From: Eubacteriales bacterium
GTDB lineage: Bacteria > Bacillota > Clostridia > Oscillospirales > CAG-272
Reading direction: 5' to 3'
Assembly (NCBI GenBank): GCA_045603085.1
Contig: JAZULL010000132.1
Span: forward strand, 10,575-74,574
Length of the DNA: 64,000 bases
Of the stretch, positions 42,901 to 52,437 are shown piece after piece (position 1 is the first letter of the stretch; every line of letters starts with the position of its first letter). The notes under the pieces are model-generated. The model searched no databases. It was not told the origin of the DNA and saw only the letters and a list, made by a program, of their open reading frames with translations. Position numbers and translations under genes: made by a program.

Positions 42901-45900
42901 TTAGTCCTCCTCATCTCTTTGCTTCATTCTTTGCATGTACTGGTGCTCCTTAATATGATGCATCGCTTCGTTTGTATAACTATCTGCGATATCACGCAAT
43001 GCTTCAGCGTATTTTGCGTACCCCATAGACTCGACCTTTTCGGCCATTTCGTTATATTTCTGTGCCAATTGCAATTCGGGTTTTCCTTCGGGATCTACTC
43101 TCACAACTCCTCTTTGATTAAATACTCCGATACAATACCCCCTTCTCATTTCATCATTTTCTACTTTGTTTAATTCGTTGATAATAAACTCGTCAATCAA
43201 ACCGTTTTCAAGCTTTTTCGCATGTGAAAGACCGCGCCCTATAGTTTGGAGGACGACTTCTTCTCGATCTTCTTCTTTCCCCCACTTTTTACAATATGTC
43301 ATCCAGGTTGAAAATATTTCTTCGTGATAGCATCCATTCCAATCTGTTCCTGGCACAACACAGAATTCGAATATCAGATGATATAGACGCTTTACGTCAT
43401 ATTCAGAAAGTTGTTCTTCATGAGTATCTGAATGCTTTTTTCTATAAACAAGCTTAATAAGTTCGCAGAAAAATTCAGGTTCGTTTGCAAGTCTATAACG
43501 CGTTGCCAATGGTTTCACCGAAGAATGATCATCAAGCCACAACAAATAAATCATCTCAATATCTGAAATTTCTTTTATACTTATGCTTCTCTCTTGCTGA
43601 AGCAAGCCAATTAAATTTATAACTGCATCTGGATCCAATTCGTCGTTGCTTTCGGTAGTAGCAGCTTTAATCAAAACTGTATATATCTCAGTATGAGAAA
43701 TATTACAATTTTCAACGGTATTTCCATACAAATTGACCGCTGCTGCGTATCGCTCTACTTTCACTAGGTTTTTCCAAACAATATCCGACTCAACACTATC
43801 GTCTAAACCAAAGCGGGGTATAAGAATAGCACGCCAAAACAAATCAAAGTTTTCTTGTAAGAGTTGCTCAGCGATTTCAAATAACCGCATTGACAACCTT
43901 GGTCTCGACAATACCCATGCTACGTAATTTGCGTCATAAGTATTAAACTTTGCTGAAGATAACGCCTCCGGACCGTTTACTATAACAAACCCATAGATGA
44001 CCGTAGCAAAAAAGGTTTTATCTATTTTATTTTCATAACAGAGTTGTACAAGCCTGAAAAATTCCTCCTCGTTTAATTTCATTCCTAAATGTTGAGCAAT
44101 CCAAGTTGGTTGACTCAGAGCCGTTCCAAATTCGACAACTGAATCTATACCAAATGTCGTAAATATCTCGTAAACTGCATTTTCCTGCTTATTTCGTTTA
44201 GCTTGCCATTTTGTCTCGAATTGATCATCTTCATCATAATCGATATACCCTGATTCATACAACAACCGATAACTATATCGAATATCAGTCGGAGCAGTCA
44301 ATGCAATACTGGAATCCAATATTTCTATCATAGATGAATCTATCTCATCTTCCGAGTGGTGTGTTATCCATTGTTTTTCAAAACAAAAAGCTTTCCAAAA
44401 CGGATATTTTTGAGAATCACCCCAATTTGCTGCTTTCACATTGACTAAAGAAAGGAATTCAATCATGGTTTCACGTCCCATATGATCAAAGTCGGATAAC
44501 AGGTCTTTCATTTTTTCATAATTTTCTTTAGCAAGAGACAAGGCTAATTGAGAGTAGTACTGGTATAAAGATGCAATGTCTTGATTCGAAAGTTTAATCT
44601 CCTTAGGCAAATTAGGTAGAATATATCGAGGACGATGTGTTCCCCCTGTCATGCGAGTAGCATGAGGAAGCAGTTGTGTGATGATCATCCAAGCAATTTC
44701 CGGACATTCGCGTTGTAACGCCATGAGTGCTGACTTCTGTTTTTCGACTGATGCCATTGTTTGTATATGCCATGGAAGCAAGATACTAACAATTGAATTT
44801 GTTGGCGTGTTTGAATAATTGGTTTTCTCATATTTTAAATTCGCTAACAGTCCCAATATTCTGATGCACTTAATCAAATGATCCTTATCCCAAGCCAATC
44901 CTTCAACTGACCATAATACTGAACAAATAGTATTTCGAGAGAATATTGGGTTGTCATTAGCCTTGGGAAATAATGCTTCGATACTTTGAGGAGATGTTAC
45001 GATTTGTTTCTCTAAACATTCTAAAAAAGTTTCTGGGCTTATTTCTGCAATCACAGGCAAATGCGATTCTAAACTTATCCAGACGGTTTTATCTGCATCA
45101 GTAAAAACTGCACGGATTAATTCTCTTGCCTTTGAGGCAATAAAATTCGATGAACATGATGTCTGCATTCCAATATTACAGATAATCGCTAAGCCGTGAA
45201 TCAATCCATTCCTAAGCGCATCAGAATGATCAAATGCACCGCCTTCCGGAGTCAGCCAATCAATATCACCGTTTTCTTTAATGCGTTTATCCTTTTCTTC
45301 TAAGACCGCTTTCGAGACCTCAAAGGCTTTTTTGATAATATCGTCAAAATAAGTTTTTGAACAAGATTGGATTATAGAACGTCTATGATTTATATGCCAT
45401 ATACCATCCATGAACGAAACATTGGGATCAGGCTGCAGAGAATCTTCTTGGAGTTTTCGTCGGATATCCGAATAATTCGTTTCCAATAAAGTTGCCAATA
45501 ACTCTTTATCATTACTATTCTTTTCATTCCATTCTCCCACCAAAGCGATCTTTGCCCAAAAGGAGTCATCAGAATAATCATGAGGTAGTTCTTTTGTCTC
45601 AACCAAATCAATTACACTGATAAATTTTTCTTTAATAAAATCCGGTATACTGCTTATCGTAACATACTTAGCGCTTCTATCATATCTGCTTGCCCAATCT
45701 ACGAGCAATGCCCACACTGACATTGCATCATCTTTACAATTAGACGCTATTAAGGATCGGATCAAAAAATCATTGATGCTACTTTCGTAGTCCAAATCAA
45801 AAATGAGAATTGTGAATATCTTGCAGAACGCCCATAGTTGCTCGTCTGTAATGTCCTGATTATTATTAGCCTGTGATAAGTGTTTTTTTATTATATCTAG

Positions 45901-46416
45901 TTTTTCTCTATTGGTATCACTGGAGTAATGAGGAGTTTGAATTCTATTTAAAAAGTCTCTGGCACTCGATGCACCATTAGCTTGATCATGAATAAAACGG
46001 AGCGAATCTTCATTGGCTACTGAACCTGAAATCAAAACGATTTTATCAGTGTTTGGATCAAATGTTTCTTTGTTAAAATCGCTCCAAGCAGCGGCAATTA
46101 CTTCTTTGAAAGCCGGATTGTCACCTATAGTTATTCCATGTTTTATTTGGCACAGCAGATTTGCTGAACGTGATTCTGCAGAAGCTGTCACAACAATATC
46201 ATCGATATCTTTACCAAGTCTTTTGGCTTGAAAATCTAGTGATGTTACAGGTAAGTCTAGTAAAGGAGAAAAACCTTTTACCAAAAGAGCAAGAATAAAT
46301 GTAGCTTGAACGCGGTGCTCAAAATCTACGCCACCTCCACCGGTAGAAAAAGGATTGCTAAGTTTTTTTACTGTTAGTCTATCTAAACTCTCGCCTCTCT
46401 GTGTTTGAGATGTCAT
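42901..46416 (-). CDS. 1171-aa protein: N-terminal PD-(D/E)xK-like (Cap4/DUF4297-style) nuclease motif, then about 1000 aa of helical repeats
   Basis: GGAGG RBS and ATG at 46416. The N-terminus reads STGGGGVDFEHRVQATFILALL...LDFQAKRLGKDIDDIVV...LLCQIKHG, giving an (E/Q)...DD...QxK pattern. There is no Walker A motif. The remainder is Leu/Ile/Glu-rich and helical. Confidence 0.5.
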   Translation of the reverse strand: MTSQTQRGESLDRLTVKKLSNPFSTGGGGVDFEHRVQATFILALLVKGFSPLLDLPVTSLDFQAKRLGKDIDDIVVTASAESRSANLLCQIKHGITIGDNPAFKEVIAAAWSDFNKETFDPNTDKIVLISGSVANEDSLRFIHDQANGASSARDFLNRIQTPHYSSDTNREKLDIIKKHLSQANNNQDITDEQLWAFCKIFTILIFDLDYESSINDFLIRSLIASNCKDDAMSVWALLVDWASRYDRSAKYVTISSIPDFIKEKFISVIDLVETKELPHDYSDDSFWAKIALVGEWNEKNSNDKELLATLLETNYSDIRRKLQEDSLQPDPNVSFMDGIWHINHRRSIIQSCSKTYFDDIIKKAFEVSKAVLEEKDKRIKENGDIDWLTPEGGAFDHSDALRNGLIHGLAIICNIGMQTSCSSNFIASKARELIRAVFTDADKTVWISLESHLPVIAEISPETFLECLEKQIVTSPQSIEALFPKANDNPIFSRNTICSVLWSVEGLAWDKDHLIKCIRILGLLANLKYEKTNYSNTPTNSIVSILLPWHIQTMASVEKQKSALMALQRECPEIAWMIITQLLPHATRMTGGTHRPRYILPNLPKEIKLSNQDIASLYQYYSQLALSLAKENYEKMKDLLSDFDHMGRETMIEFLSLVNVKAANWGDSQKYPFWKAFCFEKQWITHHSEDEIDSSMIEILDSSIALTAPTDIRYSYRLLYESGYIDYDEDDQFETKWQAKRNKQENAVYEIFTTFGIDSVVEFGTALSQPTWIAQHLGMKLNEEEFFRLVQLCYENKIDKTFFATVIYGFVIVNGPEALSSAKFNTYDANYVAWVLSRPRLSMRLFEIAEQLLQENFDLFWRAILIPRFGLDDSVESDIVWKNLVKVERYAAAVNLYGNTVENCNISHTEIYTVLIKAATTESNDELDPDAVINLIGLLQQERSISIKEISDIEMIYLLWLDDHSSVKPLATRYRLANEPEFFCELIKLVYRKKHSDTHEEQLSEYDVKRLYHLIFEFCVVPGTDWNGCYHEEIFSTWMTYCKKWGKEEDREEVVLQTIGRGLSHAKKLENGLIDEFIINELNKVENDEMRRGYCIGVFNQRGVVRVDPEGKPELQLAQKYNEMAEKVESMGYAKYAEALRDIADSYTNEAMHHIKEHQYMQRMKQRDEED

Positions 46417-46485
46417 ATGTTGCCTCCTATCTGTCTTATCATGTCCTTTTTTGAATCGATTCTTTACAACATTATCTGACACCTT

Positions 46486-46514
46486 ATTATACCATATAAC
46501 TATAAATTGCACAA
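46486..46514 (-). promoter_or_regulatory. sigma-70 promoter with extended -10
   Basis: The minus strand reads TTGTGC-17 nt-TGGTATAAT, about 65 nt upstream of the ATG at 46416. Confidence 0.45.
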
Positions 46515-46977
46515 TAGTTAATGTATGCATTATTATATATTATCCGCGGGCTCCCCCCTTCAGCCATGTTCAATGCAGCACAGATCTCTTAGATGTAAAT
46601 ATAAAAAATATCACTGAGAAATGAAATAGCAGTTCAAAGGCAGGTATCGATTGAAAATCTGCGCCAAGACTAATTCTCCACTCAGACAACAAGACAAATC
46701 TCACTTATTATACTTGCACAACATGTCTGAAAGAGTTCAGTGCCAAGCAATCACTTTCCCATGCGCAGAACTCCTACAACTATTTCGCTTGCGAATCATG
46801 TTCCAAGACTCTCAAGCAAGATTGAATATTCAGAAAAGACTTTCGTTCTGAAAAAATATGTTCCGTTCTATCACGTGATTTATGGAGTTTTAAAATAATG
46901 ATCGCCCACACTCAATGAACGGGTACTGAACACCAAATAAATGTGACGCTGACTACCATAAAAGAAAAGCCGTCCGG

Positions 46978-47167
46978 AAATCTTGAACAGCTTGATTCAT
47001 AGTATGAAGCGATATTTATTTCCCAACAAGATTTGAGCAGATCTCAAAAAGTATTATTAGACAAATCTAAAGGGAGAAAACGCGAAAAAGCATTGATACA
47101 TAAGGCTTTTTGTTACAAAAAGGGCTTGCATCTAAACCGTAATGGTTCGAAATGCAAGGTCCTTTTG
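46978..47167 (-). repeat. cassette-boundary repeat, copy C (about 190 bp)
   Basis: See copy B. Here the mini-ORF is truncated (MNQAVQDFRTAFLLW*). Confidence 0.75.
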
Positions 47168-47179
47168 TCTCTATAACAT

Positions 47180-47740
47180 TCACTTTATACCTATGCAAGA
47201 ATCAAACCGTGACAAAAACCAACTACGCAAAGCACAAACAACAGCCTCATCTTTTACTAATACTGCTACATAACTACTATTAGTAGGTAACGCAACAACA
47301 GCCTCCTTGGTAGATAGTCCTTGTATTCTAATATCATTATCCTTCCGTAGGCGTATTTCAGCATTGAGAATTGTGAACAATTCTTTCAACTCTTCTTTAG
47401 CGTTTGCTGCTTTACTGATATCTGAATTAAATATCATCTGAAATTTTACCCCACGAGCTGCGGCAGTAGCAATTTTTCCATTTACATCACCATATATATT
47501 TCCCGAAACGCTTTGTCCCCAAATAATCTCATCCTTTTTTGCCCGTGTATACATAGAGTGAAGGTGTACTAACATTGCATCACGTGAAGTAAAAACAGTT
47601 AATTTATCATTAACTTTCAATTTATTTTCTGTCTTTGCTGCATATTCCTTGCGCTTGTAATGAACAGCCACACATACAGATACAATATTTGTTATTAATA
47701 AAGCGAACGATATAATTATTGGAATAAATACTTCTGCCAT
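47180..47740 (-). CDS. membrane-anchored hypothetical protein (186 aa)
   Basis: I trimmed the start to MAEVFIPIIISFALLITNIVSVCVAV, an N-terminal TM helix, followed by a soluble domain of unknown family. GGAGG RBS lies inside the upstream gene. Confidence 0.6.
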   Translation of the reverse strand: MAEVFIPIIISFALLITNIVSVCVAVHYKRKEYAAKTENKLKVNDKLTVFTSRDAMLVHLHSMYTRAKKDEIIWGQSVSGNIYGDVNGKIATAAARGVKFQMIFNSDISKAANAKEELKELFTILNAEIRLRKDNDIRIQGLSTKEAVVALPTNSSYVAVLVKDEAVVCALRSWFLSRFDSCIGIK

Positions 47741-47741
47741 A

Positions 47742-48560
47742 TTAAACATCCTCCTTATTGATCTCCATATATTCACAAGCACCACACAATATAGAATTTT
47801 GTGTACAGGCATATCGATAATATGTCATAATAAAATCATCATATTTCTCACATATTCTACTTCGAATTGGATTTTGATAGTTTACATCAACATCAAATAA
47901 ATCCACTGCTCTTTGGTTAGTTATAGAACCAGAACACAAACTATTGACCCACGATTCATTGAATGACTTTTCTACACTTTTAGTTAGATTTATGCCATCA
48001 CAACAAAATTTAATAGTAACTGCTTTTTTATCTCTTGTTAAAACAGAAAAAATCCCGTGAGTAACATCATTTTTTACAATAACACCCCATCCCCATTTAT
48101 CTAAAAACTGTTGTATAGGTAATTCCCCAAATTGTTTATCCTGATAAACAATAGCCGATGCGGCATAAATATTATTTTTATATAGAATTCTTCCTTGAAA
48201 TATACCATGTGGGATTATTACATTCCACGCGGAAAAACAATCGATAGAATTCTCATATAAATTTTGTTCAATAGTTTCACAACAACAAGTAAATGAAATC
48301 GCTCCATCAACTTCTATAAATCCTTTTTTTAGATGTACTCGCAATATATCACCGTCTAAGAAAAATGGGGAATCGCTACATGATAACAAATAACGTTCAT
48401 GCCCTTTCTTTCCATCGATTGTATAATATGATACCGACATATATGATGAATGCTCATATCCAAACATATCAGTCTGATGTAAAATCACATTAATAAAAAT
48501 ACTATCAGAAACAAATTGAGTATACAGCCATTCAAAATTATACGAAGTAGCATTTTTCAT
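47742..48560 (-). CDS. hypothetical protein (272 aa)
   Basis: GGAG RBS. The stop is 1 nt before the next ATG. The protein looks Cys- and aromatic-rich with predicted beta-rich sequence, and I recognise no motif. Confidence 0.6.
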   Translation of the reverse strand: MKNATSYNFEWLYTQFVSDSIFINVILHQTDMFGYEHSSYMSVSYYTIDGKKGHERYLLSCSDSPFFLDGDILRVHLKKGFIEVDGAISFTCCCETIEQNLYENSIDCFSAWNVIIPHGIFQGRILYKNNIYAASAIVYQDKQFGELPIQQFLDKWGWGVIVKNDVTHGIFSVLTRDKKAVTIKFCCDGINLTKSVEKSFNESWVNSLCSGSITNQRAVDLFDVDVNYQNPIRSRICEKYDDFIMTYYRYACTQNSILCGACEYMEINKEDV

Positions 48561-48818
48561 TATTCTGCTCCTATTACAGTCAAAGCATATAAGCCCTCAG
48601 TTTATTATACTACAATTGTTGCATTTTTCAATACATGAAACGCCTAACAAAAATTGATGTAAATGATATAACAAATATATATTCACATATCTACGCAAAA
48701 CAAGTTTTTTTGTTATAAACCTTTTAACCAAAAAACACCTAAAGTCAAACTGGCAGTTAAAATGAAGATGTTCAAAAATAAAGCCAAAAAAACCACATTG
48801 TGTCAATACTTAATCTAA

Positions 48819-49421
48819 TTAGTATATTGAGAAAATTCCAAAAAAAATAGTAAATAGCAAACCCACAACAGATAGTAACGTAGCAATCGTGTTAGTTTTT
48901 TCTTGCTTTTTTAATCTAAATTCTTTATTCATTATTTCCTCAGACAATTGTTGCAGCACCATTTCTCCCAACTCAACATTCCCATGAACTAACGCTTCGC
49001 TAATATTATTAAGCAATGTAGCCTCTTTAGTGGGAAGATTGGAAAATGGTGTCTTTTCTGTAACATATGTATGTAATATCAGACACATTGTACGTACATT
49101 CTCGTTCTTCTTTTCGTGAAAAACACTTTTAAAATTAGCATCTGTATATGCATCATATCGAAATAAAATTTGTTCGAGTATATCTAAGTATGATGTTTGT
49201 TTTTTAGATGATAAACCTTGATATATTTTGTTATAATTCATCATCGACCGATCATAAATTTCCTCAATTGAACTTTTATTATCAGAAACAATGGATTTTA
49301 TAGCACAATGAAAGCGTCTTAATTTAACTTGTTCTTGAAATTTATTAAGATAAAAAAAACAAAAAGCGCATATATACAACAACATAAGAAAAATAACAAG
49401 CACATACTGAAAAACATCCAT
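48819..49421 (-). CDS. hypothetical membrane protein with TM helices at both termini (200 aa)
   Basis: GGGGAGG RBS. N-terminal helix MDVFQYVLVIFLMLLYICAFCFFYL and C-terminal helix LLSVVGLLFTIFFGIFSIY. Confidence 0.6.
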   Translation of the reverse strand: MDVFQYVLVIFLMLLYICAFCFFYLNKFQEQVKLRRFHCAIKSIVSDNKSSIEEIYDRSMMNYNKIYQGLSSKKQTSYLDILEQILFRYDAYTDANFKSVFHEKKNENVRTMCLILHTYVTEKTPFSNLPTKEATLLNNISEALVHGNVELGEMVLQQLSEEIMNKEFRLKKQEKTNTIATLLSVVGLLFTIFFGIFSIY

Positions 49422-49834
49422 ATTATTACCTCCCCTAGTTTTTAAATACATTTATATTATGTCGAAAACAGAAGTATTTTTTAATATATTATCAAAAAAA
49501 CTACGTAATCATTCAGTAAAATTATCCCCTGCAGAAAAATTCCTTAGTGAGTTGATTTTTCAATCACTCTATTACAACTATATATAAAAATCACTTAATA
49601 GGATTTATTGAAAATCTTATGTTATACTATACTTTCTTCGTCTAACAATTTATGACACTCAAGTGTTTTAAGAAGATTAATTGAATAACCCATTTCCTAA
49701 TTGTAGACAAGCACTGTAATACTCCTTTATCTACGTCTGAAATACAATTAATGATTTCACAAATTCCCATCTCACTAATTAAAAATCCTTTATGAGACAG
49801 ATTATAACAAATATCGACAATATATTCAATATTC

Positions 49835-49894
49835 AGGGATAATTAACAATTTATAGGGATAAATAACATTTTATAAGGATAAAAGCATTTTGTA
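49835..49894. repeat. three tandem 20-bp direct repeats (iteron-like)
   Basis: AGGGATAATTAACAATTTAT, AGGGATAAATAACATTTTAT and AAGGATAAAAGCATTTTGTA start at 49835, 49855 and 49875. They lie 30 bp from the 3' end of the recombinase gene. Confidence 0.75.
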
Positions 49895-49924
49895 AACCAA
49901 GATGTGTTTTTCGGATATTTAAAG

Positions 49925-51568
49925 TTATTTATGTCTTTTCCTCCTTTTCAATTCTTCCTCAGCTCGATACCCACCTTTGAGAGTTATGACAATTTTTTTG
50001 TTTCCGCAGACTTGGACGCACTCAACCAACCTGCGAACAGTAACGTCATCAAACTCCGTAAAGTTCATATTCGTCTGTTTGAGAATATCCATTATTCTTG
50101 CAATCTCTGCATTAACAGACTCACTCTGTGCTGCTTGACTCTTGGCAAGGTCGAGTTTACCGCGAAGCACAACCAACTGATCGAACATCTTTTTCAGTTC
50201 GACCTCATATCTTTCGGGATCACCCTCGGTTCTTGCCGCAAGTTCGGTCATTTGCTGAATATCTTCCTTCAGCTCGTTCATCTGCCTTTCGATGGAAAAG
50301 ACATCAAGTGCTGCATTGTTTCCCGAGACCGCATAGGAAAGATTGCTTTGAATAAGGCTGAACACTTCCCCGCTGTTTGCCATCATCTTGGATAAGCAAC
50401 GACAAATGGCTTCGTGAAGCATCTGCTCCTCTATCCCTGCCGAGTCCTTGCAATATGTTCTACCGTGTTCGATACGGCTCACACATCTCCAATAGTAAGT
50501 AGTCTTGCCTTTGGCACTTTTGGAGGTTCTACGAAAAGAACCACCGCAAGACCCGCACACAAGCAATTCTGTAAGGGCATATTTCGCACTGTACTTTCCC
50601 TGCTCGGTAACAGCAGAATCGAGTTTCTTTCTCTTATTGTTTCTTCGTGCAAGCTCAGCTTGTACCAAGTTGAAGGTATCACGGTCAATAATCGCAGGGT
50701 GATTGTTGGAGATCAGATATCTCGTTACTTCACCGCGATTGACCTTTGCCTTTTTACTGATACAATCGGTACGGAAGGTCTTTTGATAAAGAACGTCACC
50801 GACATACTTTTCATTGGAAAGCATATATCGAATAACCGAGATTGACCACACATCCTTCCCTTCCGGTGTTTTGATATTATTAGACTCAAGGAACTCCTTT
50901 AACTGTCCGAGACTTGCTCCATCGAGGATCATTCGGAAAAGTGCTCTCACGACCTCGGCTTCATCTGCAACAATATACGGATTTCCATCGTCACCCTTCC
51001 TCAGACCAAGCATTTTGAAGCGGAGAGAGTAAGTTCCGTTCTTCATTCTCTTTTGGATACCCCACTTGACGTTGGCGCTGATACTCTCACTCTCGGATTG
51101 TGCCATAACGCTGAAGAAGCCAAGTAAGGTTTCATTCTCTGCTTTCAAGGAGTCGAGGTTCTGTTCCTCAAAGTACACGCCGATACCCATAGCGCGGAGT
51201 TTTCTGATCCAAGTCAAGCTGTCGACCGTGTTTCTCGCAAAACGGGTGGTGGATTTGGTCAGTATCATATCGACCTTCCCTTTTTCACAATCGCGCATCA
51301 GTTTAAGGAACTTCTCACGCTTGTCTGTTCGGGTTCCCGTGATACCTTCGTCTGCGTAGATACCTGCCATCGTCCAATTCGGGTTTTCAGCGATCTTCCC
51401 GGTATAGTATTTCACCTGCGTATCCAAGCTGTTAAGCTGATCTTCTTCATCGGTGGAAACACGGCAATAAGCCGCCACTCTCATTCTTCTGTATTCATCC
51501 TTCCTGCTTGTGAGTGCAGGATTGGCTTCTATCTTTGTTATTGTTCTTACGGGTGCGTATTCGCTCAT
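49925..51568 (-). CDS. large serine recombinase
   Basis: Catalytic motif VAAYCRVSTDEEDQLNSLDTQ, a recombinase domain, a Cys zinc-ribbon (CGSCGGSFRR...YYWRC) and a C-terminal coiled coil. Confidence 0.9.
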   Translation of the reverse strand: MSEYAPVRTITKIEANPALTSRKDEYRRMRVAAYCRVSTDEEDQLNSLDTQVKYYTGKIAENPNWTMAGIYADEGITGTRTDKREKFLKLMRDCEKGKVDMILTKSTTRFARNTVDSLTWIRKLRAMGIGVYFEEQNLDSLKAENETLLGFFSVMAQSESESISANVKWGIQKRMKNGTYSLRFKMLGLRKGDDGNPYIVADEAEVVRALFRMILDGASLGQLKEFLESNNIKTPEGKDVWSISVIRYMLSNEKYVGDVLYQKTFRTDCISKKAKVNRGEVTRYLISNNHPAIIDRDTFNLVQAELARRNNKRKKLDSAVTEQGKYSAKYALTELLVCGSCGGSFRRTSKSAKGKTTYYWRCVSRIEHGRTYCKDSAGIEEQMLHEAICRCLSKMMANSGEVFSLIQSNLSYAVSGNNAALDVFSIERQMNELKEDIQQMTELAARTEGDPERYEVELKKMFDQLVVLRGKLDLAKSQAAQSESVNAEIARIMDILKQTNMNFTEFDDVTVRRLVECVQVCGNKKIVITLKGGYRAEEELKRRKRHK

Positions 51569-52437
51569 GCCGTTTTATCCTCCGTTTCTATGTTCGTTAC
51601 CTCTGCGTGATTGATAAATGTGACGGTCAGCGTTCCGTCTCTGTTGACCGCTATCTTCTGTACCGTTTCCCGTATCAGCATTATGTCAAGTTCGGTGATA
51701 ATCGGCAGATTGCGATACTTGTCCATCAGAGCTTCGGTCATTCCTCTGCTTCTGTCAAGAGGGCAGCACTCATATTTGTGTTCAACACATTTGAGTATCA
51801 TCTTGGAAAGAACACCAAACTCAACGTCCGTCTGTTCCTTGACTCTCTCAATCTCCTTGTTCTGTCGTATAACCTCCATCGAGGGAGAATACTCAATGTT
51901 GGAAGTATTCAATCGCAAAAGCTCGGGATTGTTTCGCACCCGATTCAAGATAATGAGCATGGCTGTAAAGATCTCTCTGTCACCCAAGTATATATCCACC
52001 TTACAACCGCTTGGGCAAAGCCATTTTTCTCGGCTTCTCCACTTGTTGCGGCGCCCCATATTCTGACCGCAGCAGGAACACACTAATTTACTTTTGATAA
52101 GTGTGGTAATCTCGGGGAGCTCGGTCTGTGTGCCACCCATATCCGACTTTCTTTTGTTGGCGAGATCAAAATCGGTCTGCGATATGATGGCGGGATAACC
52201 GTCTGCCCCTGCGTATTTCGGATTTGCTATGATACGGGAGATCAAGTTTTTCGTCCACACAGATTTATCAAGATAGTAGATAACTCCCTGCTCTGTCAGT
52301 TCGGCGGCAATAGCCATTAATGACTTACCGCCTATGTAATCTGCGAAGATGTCGCGGACTACTTTGGCTTCAAATTCAAGAATAACGGGCTTGCCGTTCT
52401 TGACTTCATATCCGTAAAGTATGGTTCTTAAACTCAT
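51565..52437 (-). CDS. recombinase-domain/zinc-ribbon protein lacking the N-terminal resolvase catalytic domain
   Basis: The protein starts directly with YGYEVKNGKPVILEFEAKVVRDIF (recombinase domain), followed by CSCCGQNMGRR...WLCPSGC. There is no RVST catalytic serine motif. ATGA overlaps occur on both sides. Confidence 0.8.
   Translation of the reverse strand: MSLRTILYGYEVKNGKPVILEFEAKVVRDIFADYIGGKSLMAIAAELTEQGVIYYLDKSVWTKNLISRIIANPKYAGADGYPAIISQTDFDLANKRKSDMGGTQTELPEITTLIKSKLVCSCCGQNMGRRNKWRSREKWLCPSGCKVDIYLGDREIFTAMLIILNRVRNNPELLRLNTSNIEYSPSMEVIRQNKEIERVKEQTDVEFGVLSKMILKCVEHKYECCPLDRSRGMTEALMDKYRNLPIITELDIMLIRETVQKIAVNRDGTLTVTFINHAEVTNIETEDKTA

Noticed and set aside
46673-46825. Plus-strand frame encoding a CxxC...CxxC zinc-finger-like peptide (…YYTCTTCLKEFSAKQSLSHAQNSYNYFACESCSKTLKQD*)
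   Set aside because: An in-frame TGA lies shortly upstream, and there is no start codon or RBS after it. It is probably a gene fragment.
39621-47167. Integron-style attC sites for the three repeat hairpins
   Set aside because: There is no IntI-type tyrosine integrase or attI in the window. The hairpins lack the RYYYAAC/GTTRRRY core sites. The repeats also extend about 150 bp beyond the hairpin, including a gene 5' fragment.
48597-48806. 69-aa ORF in the AT-rich spacer
   Set aside because: It has no RBS, looks low-complexity and AT-driven, and lies in an intergenic promoter region.
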